Source: Promethearchaeota archaeon
GTDB taxonomy: Archaea; Asgardarchaeota; Lokiarchaeia; Sigyniarchaeales; SOKP01
Reading direction: 5' to 3'
Assembly: GCA_019058445.1 (NCBI GenBank)
Contig: JAHPZA010000010.1
Coordinates: forward strand, 224,001 to 288,000
DNA length: 64,000 nucleotides
Below are positions 10,268 to 19,841 of the stretch, piece after piece. Both the position numbers and the translations under genes were made by a program. A model generated the notes under the pieces. That model was not told the DNA's origin. It saw only the letters and a program-made list of their open reading frames with translations, and searched no databases. Each line of letters begins with the position of its first letter. Positions within the stretch are counted from its first letter, which is position 1.

Positions 10268-11455
10268 CTAAAATATTTGTTTTGAGGATACAAGGGTTTT
10301 AATACTATCTTTAATCTTATATTCTTCTATATGAAGATCTTTTTTCAGAAGAGAGCGAAGAGATCTGCCTCTTCGAGTGTAGATTTTGAGTTTTCTTCCA
10401 ATACAGTCATCTATAGTGTGGATAATATCAAATAAGGTAACTTTTTCATTACAAATGCTCCCTCCAAATTTATTTTCAGGGAATTTTACAAGCAATGGAA
10501 TTTCTTTTTGTATTTCATAGCCTCCACTATGAAAAAAACGGACAAAATCCCATTTAGAAAGGTATATTTCTTTTAATTTAGGAAGAAATCTAAAACCTTT
10601 CTTAGATATTATCTTATTATAATTATTATAAAAACTTCTCTTAATATAGCAATATAAATTATGAAATCTTTTTGTAAAATGTTTTCCAATATCCCCTAAT
10701 CCTTCACCATGATCAGAAGTAATTATAATTAAAGATTCATCATATATGCGATTCTTTTTTAAAATTTCAATAAATTCTCTAATATAATTATCTACTATTT
10801 CGTATATTCTTTGAGTATATACTTTTTTTACAAATTTTTCAGTTAAATCCTTATTCATCACTCTCTTTATTAAATTAATGCCAAGTTCTTTATAACTCTG
10901 ACCTGTGATTTTATTTTCTAAATGAGAGTTTATAAGATAATTATGATGGGTGTTCCAGAAATGTAAGAATACAAAATTTTTAGTTTCATTGATATTACTT
11001 AAACTTTTTTTCCAAATTTCTGGTATTCCATTTTTAACATCATCAGCGCTTCCATTATAATCTTCAAGTGAATTTCCAAAATGGCTTCTATTCCATACAT
11101 ATTTAGGATTAATTCCTAAATCATTGATGATATCCCCACGATAAGGTATTTGATTATTTAAATTAAGTTGAATGGAATCTTTAAGAGGATATGCTAAAAT
11201 AATTGATCCATTACAGAAAGATCTTATATTATATCCATTTTTCTTTAATTGAATGGGAAAATTCTCATTTTTAGATTTTCCAAAATAATCACCATAAAAA
11301 ATTGTATAGTGAGAAAGACATGTTGAAGTGTATAAGGAATAGCAATTATTAAATCCGACAAAGTCCTTTTCCAATTCTCTTAATTTATTTTTTATTGTAT
11401 CGAAAAAGAAATCCCGCCTAACACTATCAAGAACTAATAAAAATATGTTTTTCAT
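10268..11455 (-). CDS. Alkaline phosphatase/sulfatase-like superfamily hydrolase or transferase
   Basis: LVLDSVRRD, TSTCLSH, FLHFWNTH, ITSDHGEGLG and IPLLVKFP motifs. Confidence 0.8.
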   Translation of the reverse strand: MKNIFLLVLDSVRRDFFFDTIKNKLRELEKDFVGFNNCYSLYTSTCLSHYTIFYGDYFGKSKNENFPIQLKKNGYNIRSFCNGSIILAYPLKDSIQLNLNNQIPYRGDIINDLGINPKYVWNRSHFGNSLEDYNGSADDVKNGIPEIWKKSLSNINETKNFVFLHFWNTHHNYLINSHLENKITGQSYKELGINLIKRVMNKDLTEKFVKKVYTQRIYEIVDNYIREFIEILKKNRIYDESLIIITSDHGEGLGDIGKHFTKRFHNLYCYIKRSFYNNYNKIISKKGFRFLPKLKEIYLSKWDFVRFFHSGGYEIQKEIPLLVKFPENKFGGSICNEKVTLFDIIHTIDDCIGRKLKIYTRRGRSLRSLLKKDLHIEEYKIKDSIKTLVSSKQIF

Positions 11456-11666
11456 TTAAGAATACTACTTTCATTAACGCAATTAGATGTTAATTTATAT
11501 AAGATATAATACAATTAAGAGTTTTCTTATTATGTTTAGGCTAAAATTATTAATTGGAAAAAATCAATTAATCTTTCTGATAACTTAATATCTGGCAAAA
11601 TAATTAATTAAAGATTGAACTTAAAAAAAATAATCAATATGTTTTATCAGATTTCTCATAAGTAAA

Positions 11667-12857
11667 TTAGGAAGATAATTCAATTATCATTTCACATTTT
11701 TTTTTAAAAGTTTGATTTTTTGCTTTATTATATGCGTTTTCTATTAATTTTTTTTGAAGTTCAGTGTTATTCACTAATAAATTAATTTTTTCACATAAAT
11801 CAATAGGATCGTCTGGTTTAACGAAGAGACATTCATTATTATTACATATATCTATATTCCTTCCTATTTTAGTTGCTATGAAAGGGGTTTTAGAAGCCAT
11901 ATATTCAATAATTTTTACAGGAGACATAAAATCTAAGGTGGGACAATTTGAATTAAAAGTAGCCAATAGTACATCCGCTGCTTTTAAGTAATATGGGACG
12001 ATCCTTTTTTGTCTCATTCCTAAAAAATGTACATCAGATTTAATTTTTTTGTGAAGTAAAAATTTTTTCCATTTGTTATTATTTCTATTATTTCCACCAA
12101 TGAAGTAAAAAGAGAATTTTTTTTTATTTAGAATTTCAGAAGCGTATAAAATAGTATCAATACCCCTATCATCCTGTAAAGTTCCTGAATACAGTATGAT
12201 GATTTTATTAAGAGATAAATTTAGTTTTTTTCTTATTTTTATCTTGTCGTAATTAATCGAATCAAATCTAGCGATATCTATAGCATTGTCCATAAATTTG
12301 ATTTTTTTTTCAGGGAATCCGAAATTTATGAGTTTTTGTTTCAAAAAATCATTTAAAGTTAAAATTCCTCTGAAACTATCATTGTCTTTAATTTGTATCA
12401 AATAATCGGCTTCATAAATGTTTCTATATCCATGTATATCGATGATAGTATGGATTTTACTATTAATAAGTTTATAAGCTGCCTTAAAGGTATCCCTACA
12501 AATAACTAAGTCAAATCTATTTTTTATACAATAATCACTTACTTCAATTTCAGGATCTATACGATTATGTAGTTTTGGAAATAAAGTTAAAAAATTAATG
12601 ATCCCGCGAAATAATTTTAATTTTCTAAAATAATACAAAAAAGAACCTTTGAAGTATTTAATCTTAATTTTGTAATTAAGATCAAAAAATCTATGGATAT
12701 CACCTATTTTACTTTTCCATAGATCATTTTTCAATTCTTTTATACCTAAAACTTCAACTTCATGATTGAGATTATAAAGACCTTGAGCCAAACTTAAAGT
12801 ATTAATAATATCGGCACTAGGAGTTGGGATTGCTTTCTTTATAATAGCAATTTTCAT
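11667..12857 (-). CDS. GT4 glycosyltransferase
   Basis: ILYSGT..DRG and SPVKIIEYMAS motifs. Confidence 0.88.
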   Translation of the reverse strand: MKIAIIKKAIPTPSADIINTLSLAQGLYNLNHEVEVLGIKELKNDLWKSKIGDIHRFFDLNYKIKIKYFKGSFLYYFRKLKLFRGIINFLTLFPKLHNRIDPEIEVSDYCIKNRFDLVICRDTFKAAYKLINSKIHTIIDIHGYRNIYEADYLIQIKDNDSFRGILTLNDFLKQKLINFGFPEKKIKFMDNAIDIARFDSINYDKIKIRKKLNLSLNKIIILYSGTLQDDRGIDTILYASEILNKKKFSFYFIGGNNRNNNKWKKFLLHKKIKSDVHFLGMRQKRIVPYYLKAADVLLATFNSNCPTLDFMSPVKIIEYMASKTPFIATKIGRNIDICNNNECLFVKPDDPIDLCEKINLLVNNTELQKKLIENAYNKAKNQTFKKKCEMIIELSS

Positions 12858-13063
12858 GATTCTCTTAGTTAAATATAGCCAAACTGTTTTAATATATTAA
12901 TACTCAATAATTTATTATTAAAAAATATTGCTGAATACAAATTTTTACATAAATAAGCGTCTAAATTGAAGTTATTATTTAAATGGATTAAATATAATAT
13001 CAATATCGCTAATGGGTTTAATTAATAAAAAATTTTTATTTAAAATTTAAAGAACCAATCTAT

Positions 13064-14206
13064 TTAAGGTAATGTTAAAATTTTTTTATATATTTTAAGG
13101 TAATATTGTTTTGTTATCTTCTCCCAGCTATAGTCCTTTATTGATTCTAAAGCATTATGAATAATTTTTTCTCTTACATCTTTGTTTTCTATTATTTTTG
13201 TTGAGTATTCAAAAAGTTGATTAATATCATCGATATTTGTTATAAATCCATTAATGCTATTATTAATAACTTCTGGAGCCATCCCAACTTTGGTTGTTAT
13301 TACTGGTACTCCTGTTGCCATAGACTCTAATAATGCTAAAGGACCTCCTTCTACTCTGGAAGTTATTAAATAAAGATCCAATACATTATAACAATAAACC
13401 ATGTCCTTATAGTTATTTAAAAAAATATGTGTATAGGGAATATGGTATTCATCTAATCTTTTTTTAACAAAAATCCTACCGGGTCCTGTGAGTAGCACAT
13501 GAATATCAAATTGTTCACTTAAACGTTTCAAAACTTCACATAAAATATCTGGTCCTTTTCTTTCTACAGGGGTTCCATTTTTCCAGCAATCTTGTTGGAA
13601 GGACCCAATTATAATCTTGTTATGAGGTAAATTAAAATTTTTTTTTATTTTTATTCTTAAATCATTATTAAATCTTTTAAATTTTGAAAGATCAACGCCT
13701 AATGGAATAAGTATAATTTTACTTTCCTCAAAACCATATTCAATTAATTTCTGTTTTGCTATGTTATTTGAAGTATGTATTAAATCTAACTTCTGATTAA
13801 GATAATATAAAATTGATTTAATATTATCATATGAAGGAATATGGTATAAAGTTAGTATATTCTTATTTGATTTTCTCATTCCCAAAATTGAGTTATCTCT
13901 TATTAAACATGTGATCTCTCCATAGTGAATAATTTTATTTCTAGCGAAATATTGTGATGCAATTTCGGCGTTTATCGAATATAATTTCCGCAAATAATAT
14001 GTGATGTAATTTCCAACCCATTCGATTGCCCAATTAGCCTCTTCGACCAAATAAATTAATTTAGCTTTGAAAGAGAGTATAATCCGCTTTAAAATCCTTA
14101 ATGATACTATTTTCTTTTTTAAAAGAATAAAATCAATTATTTTAATTATAATGTCTAAAGAATGATTAATAATACCCGTTTTTAAGTGGACAATCTTTAA
14201 GTACAT
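13064..14206 (-). CDS. GT4 glycosyltransferase
   Basis: IPLGVD, RKGPD and SRVEGGPLALLESMATG motifs. Confidence 0.9.
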   Translation of the reverse strand: MYLKIVHLKTGIINHSLDIIIKIIDFILLKKKIVSLRILKRIILSFKAKLIYLVEEANWAIEWVGNYITYYLRKLYSINAEIASQYFARNKIIHYGEITCLIRDNSILGMRKSNKNILTLYHIPSYDNIKSILYYLNQKLDLIHTSNNIAKQKLIEYGFEESKIILIPLGVDLSKFKRFNNDLRIKIKKNFNLPHNKIIIGSFQQDCWKNGTPVERKGPDILCEVLKRLSEQFDIHVLLTGPGRIFVKKRLDEYHIPYTHIFLNNYKDMVYCYNVLDLYLITSRVEGGPLALLESMATGVPVITTKVGMAPEVINNSINGFITNIDDINQLFEYSTKIIENKDVREKIIHNALESIKDYSWEKITKQYYLKIYKKILTLP

Positions 14207-14502
14207 CTATTATTTTACCATATATTTAACTAAGATAAGAGGATTATAAGTTTAATTTGATCCCTAATAATTATGACTAAAATTTCTATTCTAATTATTC
14301 TGATTAACTTACTAATAAAAAATCTACTTTAGTTCTTAAAGTTTCATAAATTAAAAACAGTATATGAATATTTAGTGGTTAGATATGCTTGATGAAATGG
14401 ATTTAGTACGAAATTTTCAATTAAATTTAATATGGAGAGAATTTTACATAACATAATTTTGATATATCTTTTCATTTCTCTTAAAAAAGTCTGATTTTCA
14501 AA

Positions 14503-15711
14503 TTGAACAAAAAAGTACTTTACTTTATTTACAAAGATCGCCATCCTGCCTTTAGATTACTCTATGAAAAACCCCCAATTAATATTAAGAACATTTTTAA
14601 AGAAAATATTAATGATATATCTTTTGAATCAAAAACTTCTGAAAACCAGTTTAGCAAGAGGTCTAGTCTCAAAAATTTAAAAATTACGATTAAAAACCTA
14701 TTCTCTGGATTATTCAATTTATTAAAACTACCCATTATCATTCCGGTCTTACCATCGAGAAGAATTTCTTATGATTATATATTTAGCGATAAACTAGTGG
14801 TGAGTAAAAAACCATTTATATGTTATGTTGATTATATTGGGAATTTAGTCAATTGGAATGATTTATTATTAAAATCAACTCTATGTTTAAGTATAATTAA
14901 GAAATTTTTTTTAAGTAAACGCTGTAAATATGTCTTTAATTGGAGTAAGTCGGCAAAAAATCAACTAATTCAGGTTTTGAACATACCTAAAAGCAAACAA
15001 CATAAATTTAAAACAATTTATCCCTCGATTGAAGGAAAAGTTAAAAGTGTGAGAAATGATAATTTAGTCCGGTTATTATTTATTTCTTCTGTCGCTAAAT
15101 TTGACAAAAATTTCAATTTTTATATGAAAGGTGGAAAATTAGTTTTGCAATCCTATGAAAAATTAAAATCAAAATACAATAATCTTCAATTAACGTATAT
15201 AGGTTATATTCCAGAAGAATATAAGCATTTTGAGCAACTTCCCGATGTGGATTTTTATCCAAGAGTATCTTATGCACATTTAATGGAATTATATAGTAAT
15301 ACCGATATTTTTTTATTTCCAACTTATGCAGATGTTTTCGGTTTCACTTTTATAGAGGCTATGGCTTATGGATTGCCAATCATTTGCATAAATAATAATT
15401 CAACAGCTCCAGAATTAGTAATAGATAATAAAACCGGATTTGTTGTTGAAACATCCCAGAAATTTCTATACTTTCCCTTATCAAAGTATTGTCCCGACTG
15501 GATATCTAAGATGAGGTATTACGATAACCTTAGGAATTATGACGATTCAAGAGGTTTGAATAATTTTATTGAAAAATTGGAGCTTTTAATAGTAAACAAA
15601 GAGTTAAGAGAGGAATTAGGAAGAAATGGTCGAGAAAGAGTTGTTAATGGAATATTTTCATTAGAATATAGAAATAAAAAATTATTTAATTTATTCAACA
15701 ATTCAAATTAG
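14503..15711 (+). CDS. GT4 glycosyltransferase
   Basis: MKGG and FPTYADVFGFTFIEAMAYGLP motifs. Confidence 0.88.
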   Translation: MNKKVLYFIYKDRHPAFRLLYEKPPINIKNIFKENINDISFESKTSENQFSKRSSLKNLKITIKNLFSGLFNLLKLPIIIPVLPSRRISYDYIFSDKLVVSKKPFICYVDYIGNLVNWNDLLLKSTLCLSIIKKFFLSKRCKYVFNWSKSAKNQLIQVLNIPKSKQHKFKTIYPSIEGKVKSVRNDNLVRLLFISSVAKFDKNFNFYMKGGKLVLQSYEKLKSKYNNLQLTYIGYIPEEYKHFEQLPDVDFYPRVSYAHLMELYSNTDIFLFPTYADVFGFTFIEAMAYGLPIICINNNSTAPELVIDNKTGFVVETSQKFLYFPLSKYCPDWISKMRYYDNLRNYDDSRGLNNFIEKLELLIVNKELREELGRNGRERVVNGIFSLEYRNKKLFNLFNNSN

Positions 15712-15733
15712 GTTTCTTCATCTGAATTATCAT

Positions 15734-16540
15734 TTAATAGCATTCACATAGAATCATGATAAAGTCATGATACAAAAATGAAGCTAATTTAGGAGAAAAA
15801 CGAAATAAATTTAAGGAGATGGTATTTAATAATATATCTTTGAAATTCATATTTTTTCTATAATAGGGTGTATTCGATAAAAATTCGAAAACATTCGTGA
15901 AATTATACTCCAAGATAGTACCAGCATAGGATTCAATTTGGTGTTTTAAATTGTAAAAGTTATAAAAATTAATATGTCCTGAGTTTTGAGTAAAGAATTG
16001 TTTTCTTTCTTCTTTTTTCAGAAAATTCCAAATTCTGTAGTAGAAATTATCTTCTATAGGTACTTTAAATATAATAAATTCTGAGATCCGCTTAAGTTCT
16101 TTAAGGGCAAGGTGAGGTTTAGGAATATGTTCTAAAACGTCAATCATCAGGCAAAGATTTATTTCTTTATTCTCTAAGGATGTATTGCGAATATCCTCAT
16201 TTAAAGCTTTTTTCAAATCAGGATTTCTCTTCTTTTGAACCTCGAGAATTTCAGGACTTAAATCTAAGGCATATTTTTTTACAGAGATTTGATAATATCT
16301 TTCAATATAAACTGATACTCCTTTCAGGATTAATCCTGCCCCGCCTCCAACATCTAAAAGGGTAATATTATCCTTTTTATAATTATTCATAAATTTATCT
16401 ATAAACGGAATGATCTTTTTTAGCTTCCATGGTGAGTCAAATTCATGAAGTTTCGGAATCTTTTTAAGATACCCGTCTTCAATATAAAGCTTTTTTATTA
16501 AATCCTCTAACTCATTTTCATTCCTATCTGAAAAATTCAT
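15734..16540 (-). CDS. Class I SAM-dependent methyltransferase
   Basis: LLDVGGGAG, DVLEHIP and GHINFY motifs. Confidence 0.87.
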   Translation of the reverse strand: MNFSDRNENELEDLIKKLYIEDGYLKKIPKLHEFDSPWKLKKIIPFIDKFMNNYKKDNITLLDVGGGAGLILKGVSVYIERYYQISVKKYALDLSPEILEVQKKRNPDLKKALNEDIRNTSLENKEINLCLMIDVLEHIPKPHLALKELKRISEFIIFKVPIEDNFYYRIWNFLKKEERKQFFTQNSGHINFYNFYNLKHQIESYAGTILEYNFTNVFEFLSNTPYYRKNMNFKDILLNTISLNLFRFSPKLASFLYHDFIMILCECY

Positions 16541-16722
16541 ATATTTACAATTAGTTAATTATCTAATAAATGAATTATTCATTTCTACTTTTACCTCTTC
16601 ATCATAAAACCTAAAAAAATCAAAAAATAATATGCTATTAAAATTTTCTAAAATACCTAAATAGAAAAGATTATTTGAAACTCTGTATTTATATATAGAA
16701 ATTATAGATTAAATGATTCTTC

Positions 16723-17667
16723 TTGATTAAAAAGTTAACAGAATTTGGATACGAGAAATATAAGAAAATTCGATATAAAATGAATAAGGTAATTGTGAAA
16801 AGAAAGTCAAGACATATCGAATTGGATGATATTATTACTGATTTAAAAAATATGGGTTTAAAACAAGGAGATATTTTATTGGTACATAGCTCATTGAAAA
16901 AAATAGGTTTTGTGAAAGGTGGTCCTAAAACAGTTATAGATGCGATGATAAAACTTCTTGGTCCAGAAGGTACCCTTGTTATTCCAACATTTCCATTACA
17001 TAAAACCATGTACGAGTTATGCACAATGGACAAGTATATATTTGATTACAAAACTACTCCGACAGGCTTAGGTGCAATTCCCGCAGAATTTCTGAAGTAT
17101 GAAGGTATTTATAGAAGTATTCATCCAACACATTCTATTTCTGCTATCGGAAGATATGCGAAACAAATTACTGAAACACATCATTTAGGTAATAAAACAT
17201 ATGGTGAAAATTCACCATGGGCAAAAGTTATTGAATTAGGCGGAAAAATTCTAGGAATTGGAATTGATTTAGCATGGACTACCCAGTATCACCATGTTGA
17301 AGATATAATGGGAGATGAATTTCCAGTTAAAGTAAAAATTGATGAAATCTTTAAGGTTAAATGTAAAATGGATAATGATGAGTTAATCGATGTAGCTGTA
17401 CAACCCTTAGATCCAGAGGTAGCAAAAACTAGGATAGAGAAGAACCCATTTATCAATAAATATTTCTGGGAAATATATGAAAAATTAGCGATTTTAAATA
17501 TAGGACAAATAGGAGAAGCTTCCTCCTGGTGGGTAGATGCAGATAGATTTTGTGAGATGTTAAAAGTATTAGCAAAGTTAGGAATAACAATATATTCAAC
17601 AGAAAAAGAGATAAAAAGCAAAAATCTTTACCCATATGAAATAATTAAAAATAAATTAATTGAATAA
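16723..17667 (+). CDS. AAC(3)-family (Antibiotic_NAT) N-acyltransferase
   Basis: GDILLVHSSL, GTLVIPTF, RSIHPTHSISAIG and TQYHHVE motifs. Confidence 0.88.
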   Translation: MIKKLTEFGYEKYKKIRYKMNKVIVKRKSRHIELDDIITDLKNMGLKQGDILLVHSSLKKIGFVKGGPKTVIDAMIKLLGPEGTLVIPTFPLHKTMYELCTMDKYIFDYKTTPTGLGAIPAEFLKYEGIYRSIHPTHSISAIGRYAKQITETHHLGNKTYGENSPWAKVIELGGKILGIGIDLAWTTQYHHVEDIMGDEFPVKVKIDEIFKVKCKMDNDELIDVAVQPLDPEVAKTRIEKNPFINKYFWEIYEKLAILNIGQIGEASSWWVDADRFCEMLKVLAKLGITIYSTEKEIKSKNLYPYEIIKNKLIE

Positions 17668-17714
17668 TCAGATATTTAATACTTTTTAAAATGAGGATAC
17701 TTAGGTGAACTGCC

Positions 17715-18404
17715 ATGAAAATTATGATAGCAGGAGCGAGTGGAGGAATTGGTCAATACTTGACTAAGGAATTTGATAGAGAAGAAAACGAATTAATACT
17801 AACATATAATACATCAAAAGAAAGGATTTATAAGACTGCTAAAGCACGATCTACTATTTTCAAATGTGATTTTACAAGAAAGGCAGAAGTTATAGATATT
17901 TTTTCTAAAATTGAATCACTAGATGTACTTATTAATGTAATGGGGTATGTAGAAAATAATTTAATATGCAAAATGGAAGAAAAAGAATGGGATCGGGTAA
18001 TCGACTCAAATCTAAAGACAGTCTTTTTTTCTTGTAGATATGGAGTTGAAAAAATAGTTGAATATGGGCATATAATTAATGTTTCAAGTGTTTTAGGATG
18101 TACAGGAATGATTGGTGCCACAAATTATGCAGCATCTAAAGGGGGGGTAGAATCTTTCACGAAATCATTTGCATTAGAATGCCTTCATGATAGAAAAGTT
18201 TTTGTTAATGCCATTGCTTTAGGATATTTTAAAATTGGAATGGGTTTAAATTTAAATGCAAAAATAGAACAAATGACTAAAGAAAGGATTCCTTTAAAGA
18301 TGTTTGGAGAGCCAGAGGAGATTTTTAAATTGATAAAATATATTATCTCATCCAGGTATTTAGCAGGGCAAATAATTCATTTAAATGGTGGTTTAAGAGT
18401 ATAA
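17715..18404 (+). CDS. SDR oxidoreductase, FabG-like
   Basis: GASGGIG, NVSS and YAASK motifs. AGGTGA RBS upstream. Confidence 0.88.
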   Translation: MKIMIAGASGGIGQYLTKEFDREENELILTYNTSKERIYKTAKARSTIFKCDFTRKAEVIDIFSKIESLDVLINVMGYVENNLICKMEEKEWDRVIDSNLKTVFFSCRYGVEKIVEYGHIINVSSVLGCTGMIGATNYAASKGGVESFTKSFALECLHDRKVFVNAIALGYFKIGMGLNLNAKIEQMTKERIPLKMFGEPEEIFKLIKYIISSRYLAGQIIHLNGGLRV

Positions 18405-18427
18405 ATTTTAAGGTATTTAAAATTTTT

Positions 18428-19591
18428 TTAGTTTTTATCTGATAATATTTTTAATTCTAACATTAAAGCATCGCAAAAGAATTTAGTAGCCCAATTAGGA
18501 AAACTAAACATGTTATAAAAACCCCATACAGGATCCGAACCTTTTATAGCACCATCAATGTCTTTCCATCTTGGATCTAAAACTTGAGTTGATTTTAGAT
18601 AACGATTTAACTTTATCGCATTAAGTAAGAGGGTTTTATCTTTATAAATTTGATATAATTTTAGCCATATAATAGATAATTGAGCATCTCCAGTTAAACA
18701 ACTGTAAAAATCTGTACTTTGCCAGTTCGAATCAAAAGTAGCTGGCAAAAAACTTGATTTTTCATATGCTTCTAATAATTTTAAAGAAGCATTTAGAGCC
18801 ATTTTCTTATATTCAATATTATCTAAAATGATACCGGATTCTAGAAATCCTCTAATAGCATAAGAGATAGTATGCAAAAGAGGATTTTGACTTTTTTTAA
18901 ATGCATTATTATAAAACCAATGATTTGTATTTGATTGTTTCAGTGCCCAATTCAAATTTTTGATTGCGCATTCTCGATATTTTTCTGAATTAGTCATCAA
19001 AAATAATTCTAACAAAGCCCAAGCTACTCTAACATTATAAGTATGAGGAAGATTATTGAAACAGTGAGTTGTCCAATTACCGTCTTTATCCTGAACTTTG
19101 ATTAAAAAATCCCCAGCTTTAATAGCTGAATCTAGATATCTTTTATCTTTTAATTCCTTATAGGATCTAACTAATCCTAAAATTACTTGTCCAGTATTAA
19201 ATATTGTAGTTTTTTTTGATTTTGTAATAACATCACCTTGAAATCCTCCATCATCTAATTGTAAGGAACATTCCCAATCGGCAATTTCTTTGCAAATCCT
19301 TACATATTTTTTTTCTTTTGTCAAGTGATAATAATCAAAGAGTGTAGGGATAATATATCCAGACGTTTCAGGGTAGGAAGCCCCCCAACCGAATAATAAA
19401 GAATAGCTTGATGACACTCCTCCATCCTCAGTCATATTTTGAGCTTTAACTATCCAATCTATTGCTTTGTTAAGATGGTATTGAGAGGAGTATATTTTCC
19501 TCTTTGATTTTACCACATCAATAAAAAACAATTTGGGTAATAAATAACAACGACTTAATACCCCTTTATAAAAAACTCTTTTAAACTCCAT
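18428..19591 (-). CDS. (alpha/alpha)-barrel protein, prenyltransferase/squalene-oxidase-repeat-like, function unknown
   Basis: Repeated W/L-x-x-Q-x-x-DGG/DGNW units, SYPETSGYIIPT and NWATKFF. Confidence 0.6.
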   Translation of the reverse strand: MEFKRVFYKGVLSRCYLLPKLFFIDVVKSKRKIYSSQYHLNKAIDWIVKAQNMTEDGGVSSSYSLLFGWGASYPETSGYIIPTLFDYYHLTKEKKYVRICKEIADWECSLQLDDGGFQGDVITKSKKTTIFNTGQVILGLVRSYKELKDKRYLDSAIKAGDFLIKVQDKDGNWTTHCFNNLPHTYNVRVAWALLELFLMTNSEKYRECAIKNLNWALKQSNTNHWFYNNAFKKSQNPLLHTISYAIRGFLESGIILDNIEYKKMALNASLKLLEAYEKSSFLPATFDSNWQSTDFYSCLTGDAQLSIIWLKLYQIYKDKTLLLNAIKLNRYLKSTQVLDPRWKDIDGAIKGSDPVWGFYNMFSFPNWATKFFCDALMLELKILSDKN

Positions 19592-19841
19592 AGAATAGTT
19601 AAATCCTTTATCAGTAATTTTTATAAAAACCTAAGTTTAGAATCCCAAATTAAATTTACCGATTCTTAGAGTTTTGTCGAATAAGCCTCATTCGATTGAT
19701 CTAGTCTTTTAAATGAAAGAAATCTACTTTTTTATAGCAATATATTTTAAGAAATTTTTTTTTTTTAACCAATATTCTAGCAATAATAAAAAAACATCTT
19801 AAAACTTAATATTTCGAAAAACTTTATATCTTAGTAAAAAA

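Noticed and set aside
14344-14544. 66-aa minus-strand ORF between divergent GT4 genes
   Set aside because: It overlaps the next gene's start and has no motif or RBS.
16723-17667. Aminoglycoside resistance gene
   Set aside because: Family membership only. The context is biosynthetic and there is no mobile element.
17715-18404. SDR as DprE2 (arabinose donor synthesis)
   Set aside because: It looks FabG-like (NAIALG, GQIIHLNGG) and has no adjacent DprE1 FAD oxidoreductase.
18428-19591. Squalene-hopene cyclase / hopanoid pathway
   Set aside because: It is too short (387 aa) and has no DxDD motif.
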